IMG/VR virus record: IMGVR_UViG_3300037851_000284
Location: 155,055 to 219,054 of that record
Origin: a virus
Taxonomy: Duplodnaviria > Caudoviricetes
DNA: 64,000 nucleotides
Direction: 5' to 3' (one strand)
Shown piece after piece: positions 27,484 to 37,199 of this stretch. Within the stretch, counting starts at the first letter, position 1; every line of letters starts with the position of its first letter. A program made the position numbers and the translations under genes. Below the pieces are notes generated by a model that searched no databases, was not told the DNA's origin, and saw nothing but the letters and a program-made list of their open reading frames with translations.

Positions 27484-28734
27484 TTACGATATAAATATTC
27501 GTCTTTTTGGTAGCAATCGACCAGGAGCAGTATAAATACCACTTACTCTATTAGGAGCAGTATAAATACCACTTACTCTATTAGGAGCAGTATAACCCAT
27601 ACTCTCCCAATAAAAACCAGCAAATTTACCACCAGCAGTTAAATAAGTTATATATACTCCAGTATGGCTAACTTCGGCTCCAGTTGCAGATGCTTCTCCG
27701 TATGATACAAAATTTATATTACGTGCGCTATGCTCATAATTACATCCGGTATAAATATTATTAGACCCAGTTGTAAAATTGATAATTTTAGTAGAATGAG
27801 AGAATACTGTGTTGACTAAGACTTCGTGACTTCCTAAGGAAAACAATAAATTTATTTTTGTATGACTATAATTAGCACCTATAGATACAGTACTAGTTTT
27901 TGGAACAAATTCAAAAAATTTAGTATTATGCGAATAACTTACTCCGATATCCGCCGTGTGTGTTTTAGTAGAAAAATTAATTATTTTAGTATCGTGAGAA
28001 TAATTAATTCCTGTACTAATAGTATGTGTTTTAGTAGAAAAATTAATAAAATTAGTTTCAGGAGATACACTAGCGCCTATAGATACAGTACTATTATTGC
28101 TAACAAAATTATAAAAAGTTACTAATCCAGTGTAATTAACTCCTGCTGGAGCCACTCCAGACTCTATTCCTGAATTATTAGCTCCCTCCCAAATACATGT
28201 AGAATCAGCGTATACTGTTCCTCCTATAAAATTAATATCTCTAAAATTACAATAAGATACATATACGTTGCCGATTAGAGAAATATTTATATTGACCTGT
28301 ATTCCAGAAGTATCACTATAAAACATAGCGAGACCACTAGAAACCCCATTCCACTCTCCAGAATTATATGAATCTATATACCAATACTTAGTAGTAGAAA
28401 ACTCGTTTTCTGCTCCAGAAAAGTTTATTATACCAGAAATATGTTCAGTTTCTAGAACATCAGCATAACTATTTTCTGGAGTAAAATTTATATATTGCGA
28501 TTGATGAAGAACATTGGAGCCAGTACAAATTTGGTGGGTTCTACTTAAAAAATAAACATAAGTAGTAGTTTGTGTAAAATTACTTCCTGTGGAAGCAGAG
28601 TGTGCTTTTGAATTGAAATTTAGATAATGAACTATTCCAGTATAATTAACGCCAGAACCAGTAGCAGCATTAGTATTTTGCCATGCTCCTTGTTCGAGAG
28701 GCTGCCATGCTCCTTGTGATAAGCAATTAGCCAT
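27484..28734 (-). CDS. Repeat-rich virion protein
   Basis: 416 aa; two GVNYTG modules, ~22-aa INF(S/T)..TH...G.NYSH repeats, C-terminal (TAPNRVSGIY)x2. Confidence 0.6.
   Translation of the reverse strand: MANCLSQGAWQPLEQGAWQNTNAATGSGVNYTGIVHYLNFNSKAHSASTGSNFTQTTTYVYFLSRTHQICTGSNVLHQSQYINFTPENSYADVLETEHISGIINFSGAENEFSTTKYWYIDSYNSGEWNGVSSGLAMFYSDTSGIQVNINISLIGNVYVSYCNFRDINFIGGTVYADSTCIWEGANNSGIESGVAPAGVNYTGLVTFYNFVSNNSTVSIGASVSPETNFINFSTKTHTISTGINYSHDTKIINFSTKTHTADIGVSYSHNTKFFEFVPKTSTVSIGANYSHTKINLLFSLGSHEVLVNTVFSHSTKIINFTTGSNNIYTGCNYEHSARNINFVSYGEASATGAEVSHTGVYITYLTAGGKFAGFYWESMGYTAPNRVSGIYTAPNRVSGIYTAPGRLLPKRRIFIS
27523..27595. repeat. 30-bp tandem repeat (2 full copies + 13 bp)
   Basis: AGGAGCAGTATAAATACCACTTACTCTATT at 27523 and 27553, partial copy at 27583; in frame within the CDS. 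Confidence 0.95.
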
Positions 28735-29747
28735 TAACCTACTCCTAAGGCTATACTCATTCCATTATCTATACAAGGAGAACTTGTAGAAAGAGATAAA
28801 TTACCTGACGAAGAAAATAGAGGGTCTCCAGAAGAATTTAGGTAATCTTTAAATATAGTTGTTGTTTCAACTCCGCTCCACATAACAGTATTTCGAATAT
28901 TATCTCCATGATTTTTCCAATAGAAATTGTTATCTGTTTTAGTTGTAAAATAAAAACCAGAATCACACGCATCAACGACGTTATTTATAAAAATCCAAGT
29001 ATTATCTGTTGTTCCATTAACTGCATATCCGCAAGATAAGAATGTGTTATTCATGACAAGACCGAGGTTATCAGCGGTAGTATTAATAGCTTGATAACAA
29101 TTATTAAAAGAAGAAAATAATATTTGGTCGCTTGCTGAACACTTTATAGCGATTGATGTAGTATGTACACAGTCATGAAAATAACAAAAAATAATTCTAC
29201 AAGTGGATCCGATAGACACACCACAATTGAAAAATGCAGAAAATTCACAATTTATAGCTGAACAGTAGTTACCCAAATTTAAAACGTATCTGCCAGCATT
29301 AGTAGTATTATCTTGGTCGAATTTACAATTCTCAAATAAACAGTTGGTTCCTGCACCAACAACATTAGCAGCGGAACCTTGAAAATATATATTTCTAACT
29401 AAATAATAATCTCCTAAAGTAATTGAAAACGTAACACAATCAAAAAATGGTCGATCTCCAGCACTTGTTGCCCAATCAGAATAAGTTATATTACCACTAA
29501 CATTTGTTGTATTCCCTTTAACTCCGATAATAGAAATAGGCGCTAGCGCACCGGCATCTCTAGCTGAACAATCATAAGAACTATCCAAAGTATAAGTACC
29601 GCTGGCAACAAAATAGACATAACCAGCATTACCGCTACTTTCAATATGGGATTCGAAATCAGCTTCGCTAAAAGCATTAGTCCAATCAAGACCAGTACGA
29701 GTTCCAGCCCCCGAAGGAGTAACATGAAAATATCCTGAAATAGCCAT
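28734..29747 (-). CDS. Right-handed beta-helix (pectin-lyase-like) virion protein
   Basis: Repeated NC.F..C / NNTF / NNVV rungs; C-terminal DPLF...LSLS.SSPCIDNG motif. Confidence 0.65.
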   Translation of the reverse strand: MAISGYFHVTPSGAGTRTGLDWTNAFSEADFESHIESSGNAGYVYFVASGTYTLDSSYDCSARDAGALAPISIIGVKGNTTNVSGNITYSDWATSAGDRPFFDCVTFSITLGDYYLVRNIYFQGSAANVVGAGTNCLFENCKFDQDNTTNAGRYVLNLGNYCSAINCEFSAFFNCGVSIGSTCRIIFCYFHDCVHTTSIAIKCSASDQILFSSFNNCYQAINTTADNLGLVMNNTFLSCGYAVNGTTDNTWIFINNVVDACDSGFYFTTKTDNNFYWKNHGDNIRNTVMWSGVETTTIFKDYLNSSGDPLFSSSGNLSLSTSSPCIDNGMSIALGVG

Positions 29748-29760
29748 ATTAAGTCCTTAA

Positions 29761-30192
29761 TTAGGCTTGACGGCTTCTGAATAAACCACTACTATCTATA
29801 GTTATTTTAAAATCAGTTCCTGTATTAGCTGTTTTATCTGTAGTAAAATCAATTATATAAATATATTTATTAACTCCAGACAGAGTATCAACAAAAGCAC
29901 AATATCTAGCAGGACCAATATTTCCTCCAGACGCAGTCCATGTGATATCTCCGCAATCATAGATTGTATGATTATTTACCGCATCTAAGGATACTGTTTT
30001 ATCAGTAACAGACTTATTTAGTTGCGTATAACCATAAGCAGTTGATAATTCGTTAGTTGAACTATAATTTTCAGAAGTAGCTGAAAAACTAGCACTAGAA
30101 TTATATAAACAAGCCACTACGGTATTATTAGTCCAGTCCAAGAATCCAGACCCTAATCTTAATTGAGCGCTATTAGTTATAATATCTGCCAT
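29761..30192 (-). CDS. Small virion structural protein
   Basis: 143 aa, ELST..GYT...DCGDITWTASGGNIGPARY...IIDF; lies among the decoration genes. Confidence 0.5.
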   Translation of the reverse strand: MADIITNSAQLRLGSGFLDWTNNTVVACLYNSSASFSATSENYSSTNELSTAYGYTQLNKSVTDKTVSLDAVNNHTIYDCGDITWTASGGNIGPARYCAFVDTLSGVNKYIYIIDFTTDKTANTGTDFKITIDSSGLFRSRQA

Positions 30193-30204
30193 AAAATTTT
30201 TTCC

Positions 30205-31461
30205 TTATCTCCATTTTAATTTACCCCTATTTTTGATTCTAGGTGTATTGTTATGTCCATTTAATTTAACTATACAGGTATAACCTTGAGTAGTTAGAAT
30301 TATTGAATTGTTGTTTCCAACAATTTTAGAATTAGTATCGTATATTACAGAATCTCTTACATATATAGTATCATTAAATCTAACTGTGTCGGTTGACGAT
30401 ACTCTTATCCAAGTACAATTTATAGAACCGGATTGAGTATAGCTATTAGATATTGTTATATTCGTAATATTAGAATCTATTCCATTCCAGCCTTTTAATC
30501 TTGCCGCCATTACCCATAATGCTTTACCTAGTCTTAAACAACCTGCTTCTGATATATGACAGTCGCCATTTCCACCATCATAAGTTCCTTTATTATCAGA
30601 ATGAATAGTAGGATAGGTATGCTTTGTTCCATTGTGGTCCGTCCAACCGTCAGAATCTATATATTGTGACCCAGAATTATTATAGGATAATATATCACAA
30701 TAATCAAAAAGGTGTCTATTATTTGAATCTGCAGCAACATAAGCTTTTATATACTGATGTTTTAAGTACCTTTGATATCCATTTTCATCATCAGTATGAT
30801 TATCTGCTGGTCCCGTAGTAAATACTACCTTTGTTGTAGGATGAGACGTCCTATAATTTTCTGTAGCGTCTAGATAACTTTGCATACATATAGAATTATT
30901 AGTTAATAAAGAATCTGCGCTGTTTAATCCCCAGATTAAATCTCCTTGAGGTCCGCCTTCTGAAGACCCAGCCCATCTAACCCAGTTCACAGAATCTATT
31001 ATTCCGCCAGGGTTATTATGCCAAGTCATGTCCCAACACCAACCAAACATAAATACGTCTATGTTATTAGTGCTATCCATTTTTGATAAATGATTATTCA
31101 TTACTGCAATGGCGCTAGAATTTGTATACCAGTCCTCTTCTCCTCCTGTAGCAGTCCATCCTGTACCATTCCAAAAGGTTCTTACTCCACGAACATATTG
31201 ATTAGTGTTAATTATCGGTTCTCCTGTCCAGACAATACTATCTTTATATTTAGAATCTAAATCATACATTAACGATAATCCATACATATACCCTCGTCCA
31301 TGAGATTCTCCTGGTATATTAATCATCATAGTTTTTACGCTATCAATATATCTATCAGGAATTTTATTATAAGTACTAACTGAACTGTGGTCGATAGTAA
31401 AGCTAAAACTTAGAATTACTAAAGATAATATTAATATGAAGTTTTTAATACATTTTATCAT
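30205..31461 (-). CDS. SGNH-hydrolase-like protein with an N-terminal signal peptide
   Basis: MIKCIKNFILILSLVILSFSF leader; block I-like PGESHG and block V-like GDCHISEAG; short beta-rich C-tail. Confidence 0.55.
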   Translation of the reverse strand: MIKCIKNFILILSLVILSFSFTIDHSSVSTYNKIPDRYIDSVKTMMINIPGESHGRGYMYGLSLMYDLDSKYKDSIVWTGEPIINTNQYVRGVRTFWNGTGWTATGGEEDWYTNSSAIAVMNNHLSKMDSTNNIDVFMFGWCWDMTWHNNPGGIIDSVNWVRWAGSSEGGPQGDLIWGLNSADSLLTNNSICMQSYLDATENYRTSHPTTKVVFTTGPADNHTDDENGYQRYLKHQYIKAYVAADSNNRHLFDYCDILSYNNSGSQYIDSDGWTDHNGTKHTYPTIHSDNKGTYDGGNGDCHISEAGCLRLGKALWVMAARLKGWNGIDSNITNITISNSYTQSGSINCTWIRVSSTDTVRFNDTIYVRDSVIYDTNSKIVGNNNSIILTTQGYTCIVKLNGHNNTPRIKNRGKLKWR

Positions 31462-32066
31462 AATACTGTTTCTTCAGTTAAATTAATATATTGAGAAATA
31501 TCTCCAGAACTGGTTGATATATTTCCAGTAAAGAACACTTGAATAGTAGAACCAGAAATGTTAGGAGTTTGATTTTTTGGTATAGTTTTATAAACTTTAA
31601 ATTCTGTTATATCATCTTCTTCAAAATCTCGAATACCGGAAAGTACTACAGAATATACTCCTGTAGCAATTCCGCTGGGAGCACCAGCCACTCCAGAAGC
31701 ATCATAATATCCAGTACCAGTGATAAAATTATAACTATAAGTTTCTAGAACCTCTGATTTATCTTTGGCTATTACGCTGTTAGGCGTCGAATAGACATAC
31801 ACTGTATATTCAGTATTAGGTAGGAAATATATAGTTGGTACGAACATCATTCCAGACGTAACACCACTTAAGTTTACGCCCGATGCCCAAATTGGAGCTA
31901 AAGACCCGACTACACTTGAGAAACTATAGCTATCATTAACACTCATTACATCCCATTTTACGGATGTTGGTTCTATTGGCTGGTTAAAATAAACTTTAAC
32001 TTTCTCATTACGAAATACGCCGCTCTGATAAATTGTTGGCGTGTGTGATATTACTCTTAAGCTCAT
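31458..32066 (-). CDS. Ig-like (SbsA/Big_5-type) domain protein
   Basis: VISHTP...V.RNEKVKVYFNQPIEPTSV...FLPNTEYTV...YSYNFITG, followed by the start of a second repeat. Confidence 0.7.
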   Translation of the reverse strand: MSLRVISHTPTIYQSGVFRNEKVKVYFNQPIEPTSVKWDVMSVNDSYSFSSVVGSLAPIWASGVNLSGVTSGMMFVPTIYFLPNTEYTVYVYSTPNSVIAKDKSEVLETYSYNFITGTGYYDASGVAGAPSGIATGVYSVVLSGIRDFEEDDITEFKVYKTIPKNQTPNISGSTIQVFFTGNISTSSGDISQYINLTEETVL

Positions 32067-32073
32067 TATGGTC

Positions 32074-33855
32074 CTATCTATAAACTTTTAATATTATAAA
32101 TAAATTATCGTCTTGTCTATCAGTGTGACGTCTTGGGTGAGCTATAGCTCCTCCAAAGTTTATACCGTAGTTATTACCTCTATCAACGCTTGTACCGTCA
32201 GAAGCATCTATTTCGACACCTAAATTATTAATATCTTTATAATCAGTATATCTAGTAATAGTATTAATTGGAGCATAGAATGTGGTCTGGAATCCATCTG
32301 AACTAGACCTAAATAATATCTGACTACTAAGTCCGCCACCCCACCAATCTTGAGCAGTATAAGTATTAAACCTATACGTCTTACCTGCCTCAAAAGTTTG
32401 AGTAGTATTTCCGCCAATAGTTAGTCTAGATAATGTTCCGCTTCCAACCCAGGTTCCATTGTTATATATTTTAGTATAAGGAAAGTCTCGGCCATTAGTC
32501 GTAATAGTATGAGTCTGTCCACTTAAATTTAAAGTCATTCCAGAATTATTAAGAGTAACTCCAGAACCAAAGGTTAAGTCTTTACCAATAGTATAAATAC
32601 CGGAAGAACTAAACCTACCTGAGGTAGTTATATAACACCCAGAAGTTATAGATATATCTAGCCCAGAACTATTAACCGAAGACCCATTATATATACCAAG
32701 ATTTCCAGATATAACAGGAGTATCTACAAAGAATCCGGTGGCTAAGGGCGAATTACCAGAGAAATTAAGATCAGCAAACGCTTTATTAGAGCTGGTAATA
32801 TTAACATTAGCAGTCGGATTAATATTAACCCTACTAGAACCTGCGTTTACCGTATGATTGCTCCCGAAAGCCCAGTTGCCAGTGCATGTCCATTGAGAGG
32901 TTTGGAGATTAATGGTCTGAGTAGCTGATGCGCTATTATGCGTCGCGTCAAGCAACGTAATAGACACAACAGAAGAACCATACGATGCGGTAAACGACGA
33001 TGTATTAGTAGACGACCCGTGTCTGTATGTGCCTGCTGTGATGTTGTAATTATTCGTGTTCAAGACAGTCGCAGAACCAGTAACGTTCCCAGCGTAAAAA
33101 TATAAACTCGATGTGCCATGATTAATGTTTCCCGAAAGGGAGTACGTGACTGGCATGTTATTGCTGGCAGTGTAGTAAGAAAAACTCCCAGTACCGGAAT
33201 AGGTATACGCGGGAATTGTTATAGTAATCCCACCTCCAACATTCGGATATATTGGCATGTTAGCGGAACCGTTCCACGTCACTCCCGTACCAACAGAAAA
33301 AATTGTCATCGACCCTGTCGGTATAAAAGAAACAGCCCTATTAACAGTAAATGTGCTGTTATTACCGAGCGTCAAGAGCGTTGCCGTGCCTGTTAATGCT
33401 GAACCGGCAGCCCCATTGCTTGTGACCGTGCCATTAATCGTCCAACTTTTAAAAGTACCGCCCTTATCATCATCCATTGTTATAGTATCTGTACTCGCGT
33501 CTCCAAGGGTAATGGCACAGCTTGATGCAGTAACTGTTCCCAATGTACTTCCAAGATGCAATGTTGTTCCGAAACCACGAATAATAATACCAGAGCCATA
33601 GTTCCTATTTCCAGTACCATCATCCATAAAATTACCATTAATATAAAAAGCGTAGCCAGTGGCTGTAATAGCGCCAGCGTAAGTTCCTGAAACTATTAGT
33701 CCAGAACAATCTACATTTTGATCGACTATACAATTATATGCGTTGCCGGAGAACATAGCAGTCTCGTCGCCTGTCGGAACGTGACTAAGGCTCCAGTTAC
33801 TCGCTATACTAAACCAACTACCCGAAGTTGCTACCCAGTTATTGTTAGTGGCCAT
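32074..33855 (-). CDS. Beta-helix/adhesin-like fibre or spike protein
   Basis: 593 aa rich in Gly/Ser/Thr/Asn; N-terminal WV.TSGSW....NWSLSHVP motif. Confidence 0.6.
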   Translation of the reverse strand: MATNNNWVATSGSWFSIASNWSLSHVPTGDETAMFSGNAYNCIVDQNVDCSGLIVSGTYAGAITATGYAFYINGNFMDDGTGNRNYGSGIIIRGFGTTLHLGSTLGTVTASSCAITLGDASTDTITMDDDKGGTFKSWTINGTVTSNGAAGSALTGTATLLTLGNNSTFTVNRAVSFIPTGSMTIFSVGTGVTWNGSANMPIYPNVGGGITITIPAYTYSGTGSFSYYTASNNMPVTYSLSGNINHGTSSLYFYAGNVTGSATVLNTNNYNITAGTYRHGSSTNTSSFTASYGSSVVSITLLDATHNSASATQTINLQTSQWTCTGNWAFGSNHTVNAGSSRVNINPTANVNITSSNKAFADLNFSGNSPLATGFFVDTPVISGNLGIYNGSSVNSSGLDISITSGCYITTSGRFSSSGIYTIGKDLTFGSGVTLNNSGMTLNLSGQTHTITTNGRDFPYTKIYNNGTWVGSGTLSRLTIGGNTTQTFEAGKTYRFNTYTAQDWWGGGLSSQILFRSSSDGFQTTFYAPINTITRYTDYKDINNLGVEIDASDGTSVDRGNNYGINFGGAIAHPRRHTDRQDDNLFIILKVYR

Positions 33856-33871
33856 TTATTACCTTTAAAAA

Positions 33872-34576
33872 TTAATCTTCGTTTCTTCTTATAGAACTAA
33901 GTCCAGGACCAAATTCCCTTAATTTTCTCTTAATAAGATCTAGAACTTCCAACCTTGGTCTATTTAAAGGGTTATAACCCTTCTGTTCATAGTCATATAA
34001 ATCTATAAGGTTCTTCTTAGATGCTTCGCTCATAGGAGAACCTAATATAAATTCTTTTAGCTTGGAAAAATTAAGGCCTTGTAGTTTCTTGAACATTTCC
34101 TTGTTCTTACCAACAAATATTCTATCTCCACTTACATCGTTCTTAAAATCGCTATCGTTAGTTGCTTTAGGAACGAATGTTGAAGGAGGCTTGTTTGGGT
34201 CTGCTGCTACTAGAATACCATATTTATAGGCGGTCAAAATTCCTGATAATTTATTGGGGTCTATAGTACTTGTATCTACATACCAAGGCAGGTCGCTATT
34301 AACTTTACCGTAGTCTACAAAGTCATTATTCTTATGCTCGTCTAGAGGCACTTCTGTAGCAAGAGCTCTATATTTGGGCTCGCCCTCTCGATTAAGATAT
34401 TCTTCTAATTTTATTTCTCTTCCAACAAACTTTTTGCTAATTGAAAACAATCTTACACCGGAAGAATTCTCTCCTTGGTCATCAAACCACATTGCGCCTT
34501 TTTCCAATCTCAAATATCTTGGTAATTTAAAATCTTTATTAACTTTCTTCTCTTCTTTAATAATTTTCTTATTCAT
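33872..34576 (-). CDS. Hypothetical protein downstream of the major capsid gene
   Basis: 234-aa ORF with a GGAG RBS; no motif recognised. Confidence 0.6.
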   Translation of the reverse strand: MNKKIIKEEKKVNKDFKLPRYLRLEKGAMWFDDQGENSSGVRLFSISKKFVGREIKLEEYLNREGEPKYRALATEVPLDEHKNNDFVDYGKVNSDLPWYVDTSTIDPNKLSGILTAYKYGILVAADPNKPPSTFVPKATNDSDFKNDVSGDRIFVGKNKEMFKKLQGLNFSKLKEFILGSPMSEASKKNLIDLYDYEQKGYNPLNRPRLEVLDLIKRKLREFGPGLSSIRRNED

Positions 34577-34614
34577 AAAACTCCCTTTTAGTTTTAAAAA
34601 TTTCTTTTCTTAAT

Positions 34615-34651
34615 TAAAAAGGGCAAGGGCTTTTGAGGCCAACTTGCCCTT
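34615..34651 (-). terminator. Terminator after the major capsid gene
   Basis: AAAGGGCAAG-ttggcctcaaaagcc-CTTGCCCTTT followed by T residues. Confidence 0.75.
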
Positions 34652-34674
34652 TATTTATGTTCTCAATCCTTAGA

Positions 34675-36003
34675 TTATAGCGAAGGACTTGGAGCTGTAT
34701 AGCCACTAGGTACTGTATCAGTAGGATAAGTAGATAGCGTCTGACTGTTAACATTATCGAAGTTGTAATTCTTAGCAATCGATATGTTAATAGCTTTTGC
34801 TATAGCTTTACCTTGTTCTAGGCATGCCATTCCATAAGCTTCTCTAAGTTTTATGTTGAGTATGTCTCTCTCTGGGTCTGTCCATCTGTCTGTTCTTACC
34901 TGTTCACTCTGTCCGATTACAGCACAATTGCTGCTATCGCACATGATAACGTTAGTAGCACAGCCAGTATCCATTCTCTCGACGCCTCTGGACCCGTATA
35001 CAAATGGAACCATTGGAGTTACGATTACTTGGATAGGTGATGGTAAATAAGAAGGTCTTACATTCCACATTGCCCCAAGAGGATTCAATGTTTGTGTCCA
35101 AGCATTTGGTCCTTTAGGTACATTTCCTGCAGTCTCTTCTTTTCCAGTTCCGCCTGTTCTTAGACCATATCCACCAAAACCTGTGCCCCAATTAGGAGCC
35201 ATTTTTCCACCCTGAACTTGGGCTATAGTAGATGCTGATAGAACTACTTCTCTCATCTCTGTGTCTGTGGCAAAAATTTTCCAAGCAAGAGGATGTAGAA
35301 GCATAGTGTCTGGAGAGAAACCTCTATTTAATAGATACGCATAGAGTTCAAATACGTCGTCTACAGTCATAGAACCATTGCTGGACCCAGCTATATTTCG
35401 ACCGGTAGTTGCTCCTGCATATGCCGAAGTCGGAGAAGCGTTATCAAATACTTTGTATCCCATTTCGTTGATAAGTTTCATTCCTATTCGTTCTTTGCAA
35501 CGTGCCATAGCTTTACCTGCAGCACGTAGCCAAACATTAACTACATCAAACTGATTCTGTTGAACCACTTCTTCAGTAAGAGATATTTTAATACCATACT
35601 TATCAGTTGTAAGAGCTATCATATCTCCGCTATCTAGGTCCAACATTCTTTCCGGATATTCTCCGGCTTGTCCTACTCTTCCAGCTTCCATAGCACCAAG
35701 AGCGCCTATTTGAATACGCGATCCTTGTTCAATAGCAATCTGTTGGAATAGTCTGTCTATGATAAAAAGATTAGGTTCGATTGCTTCTCTTACAACTGTT
35801 TCCACAGTCTGAGGAACGAATCTCATTAAATCTTCTTTAGTTACGAGGTCTTTCAACTCGAACTTTACTATGTCGCCAGTCTTATCATCTAGAAGTCTTC
35901 CGCGATTCATGAATGCTTCGTATACATTCGTGTATTTTATGCGGTCTTCTTTCTTAGGATAATATTCGGCAGCGACTTGGTCTTTAATTGTCATGTAAGG
36001 CAT
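34675..36003 (-). CDS. Major capsid protein (HK97-fold)
   Basis: 442 aa; ETVVREAIEP, V.QAGEYPE, KYGIKISLTEEVV...FDVV, DT.LLHPLAW, KLREAYG; last gene of the protease-accessory-capsid block, followed by a strong terminator. Confidence 0.88.
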   Translation of the reverse strand: MPYMTIKDQVAAEYYPKKEDRIKYTNVYEAFMNRGRLLDDKTGDIVKFELKDLVTKEDLMRFVPQTVETVVREAIEPNLFIIDRLFQQIAIEQGSRIQIGALGAMEAGRVGQAGEYPERMLDLDSGDMIALTTDKYGIKISLTEEVVQQNQFDVVNVWLRAAGKAMARCKERIGMKLINEMGYKVFDNASPTSAYAGATTGRNIAGSSNGSMTVDDVFELYAYLLNRGFSPDTMLLHPLAWKIFATDTEMREVVLSASTIAQVQGGKMAPNWGTGFGGYGLRTGGTGKEETAGNVPKGPNAWTQTLNPLGAMWNVRPSYLPSPIQVIVTPMVPFVYGSRGVERMDTGCATNVIMCDSSNCAVIGQSEQVRTDRWTDPERDILNIKLREAYGMACLEQGKAIAKAINISIAKNYNFDNVNSQTLSTYPTDTVPSGYTAPSPSL

Positions 36004-36018
36004 AATTAGTTTTCTCCT

Positions 36019-37197
36019 TTATGATACATGCAACTGGATTCTTGCCAGTCCGAATACCCCAGAACGAATTCCGTTGTATATTGCTTCAATCGTGGGAGCT
36101 GTTCCAGTACCAAGATACAAGGTATAATAAACGAAGTCGAAAAGGTTCTTTAGCATACCACCAGTTTGGGTACCAGGCATGCCCGATCTTGGGTATGTTA
36201 GAACATCATCTAGGTCGTCTTTAGGAAATCTTGAATCTAGAGCAATGAGTTTTCCTACTGTTTGAGCAGTTTGAATAGGATTTAGTGTTGAAGTCAAGGA
36301 ACCAGATACTAGAGCGTTGGATCCTGTATATAATGAAGTCCATACTCCGGACTGCATAACATAGTTACCTTGAATATCAGATGTTACAAAAGCTCCAGGT
36401 CTTACTGTGTAAGCCGAAGAAGAACTGTCAAAAGATAAATAAGTGAACTGCTTATTTAGAGTTCTCCACTGTCCCCAAGTATTTACACTTGCGTTAGTCG
36501 GAATTCTAAAAGTAGCAGCATCGCCTGTTGATTTATTATCAACAAAAGGAACTTCTACATACCAGTCAGTAAGGAAATGATATCCTTGTTCGTGCATCTG
36601 ATAGTTTAAATATCTTCCACGAATATCCTGATAAATGTCTGTGAAAGCAACACCTATCGGTATATTTCCTGGAAAAGTTACTGATCCACTAGCCGTAGCT
36701 GTGGCTCCGCCAACTGCTACAGTCTTAGTTCCAGCTGTAACGTCGTCTGCGGAATAATACGTTGTAATGTCACCAGATCCACCATTTGCTGGTACTAATA
36801 GTCCACAAATATGATCATCATACCCGAAGTATGAAGTATCTAATTTAGCTTCGATATTTGCACCAGTTCCTGTTCCCATATAGTCTCCAGAATTTCCAAT
36901 ATTTAGGAATCCTGAGTTCTGAGGTATTAATCCAGAAGCCTGCGTCGATACGAGCCCATTATAAGCACTAACGATACGGCCTTTAAGAATTACTACCCAG
37001 TCTTCAGTATTGGTATCCTGAAATTGAACAGGCAGGTATCTATAAGGAGCCATATACTCAGCTGGTCTAACACCTTCAGATTGCTCAAATCTCCAATTTC
37101 TTAGATTTGATTGAGCATACTTTGTAGGTCTAGTGCGAGTATCTTGCTTCTGAATAGTACCCAAATTTAATGATAGACGGTCATTGGAAATAGTCAT
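36019..37197 (-). CDS. Capsid accessory/decoration protein
   Basis: 392 aa between protease and MCP; NIPIGVAFTDIYQ, YVEVPF, PGAFVTSD..GNY, QTVGKLI pattern. Confidence 0.6.
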   Translation of the reverse strand: MTISNDRLSLNLGTIQKQDTRTRPTKYAQSNLRNWRFEQSEGVRPAEYMAPYRYLPVQFQDTNTEDWVVILKGRIVSAYNGLVSTQASGLIPQNSGFLNIGNSGDYMGTGTGANIEAKLDTSYFGYDDHICGLLVPANGGSGDITTYYSADDVTAGTKTVAVGGATATASGSVTFPGNIPIGVAFTDIYQDIRGRYLNYQMHEQGYHFLTDWYVEVPFVDNKSTGDAATFRIPTNASVNTWGQWRTLNKQFTYLSFDSSSSAYTVRPGAFVTSDIQGNYVMQSGVWTSLYTGSNALVSGSLTSTLNPIQTAQTVGKLIALDSRFPKDDLDDVLTYPRSGMPGTQTGGMLKNLFDFVYYTLYLGTGTAPTIEAIYNGIRSGVFGLARIQLHVS

Positions 37198-37199
37198 TG

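Noticed and set aside
27523-27595. 30-bp repeat as a CRISPR array
   Set aside because: The copies are directly adjacent with no spacers and are in frame in a CDS; no cas genes nearby.
27484-33855. Diversity-generating retroelement acting on fibre genes
   Set aside because: No reverse transcriptase and no TR/VR pair differing at adenines seen in this window.
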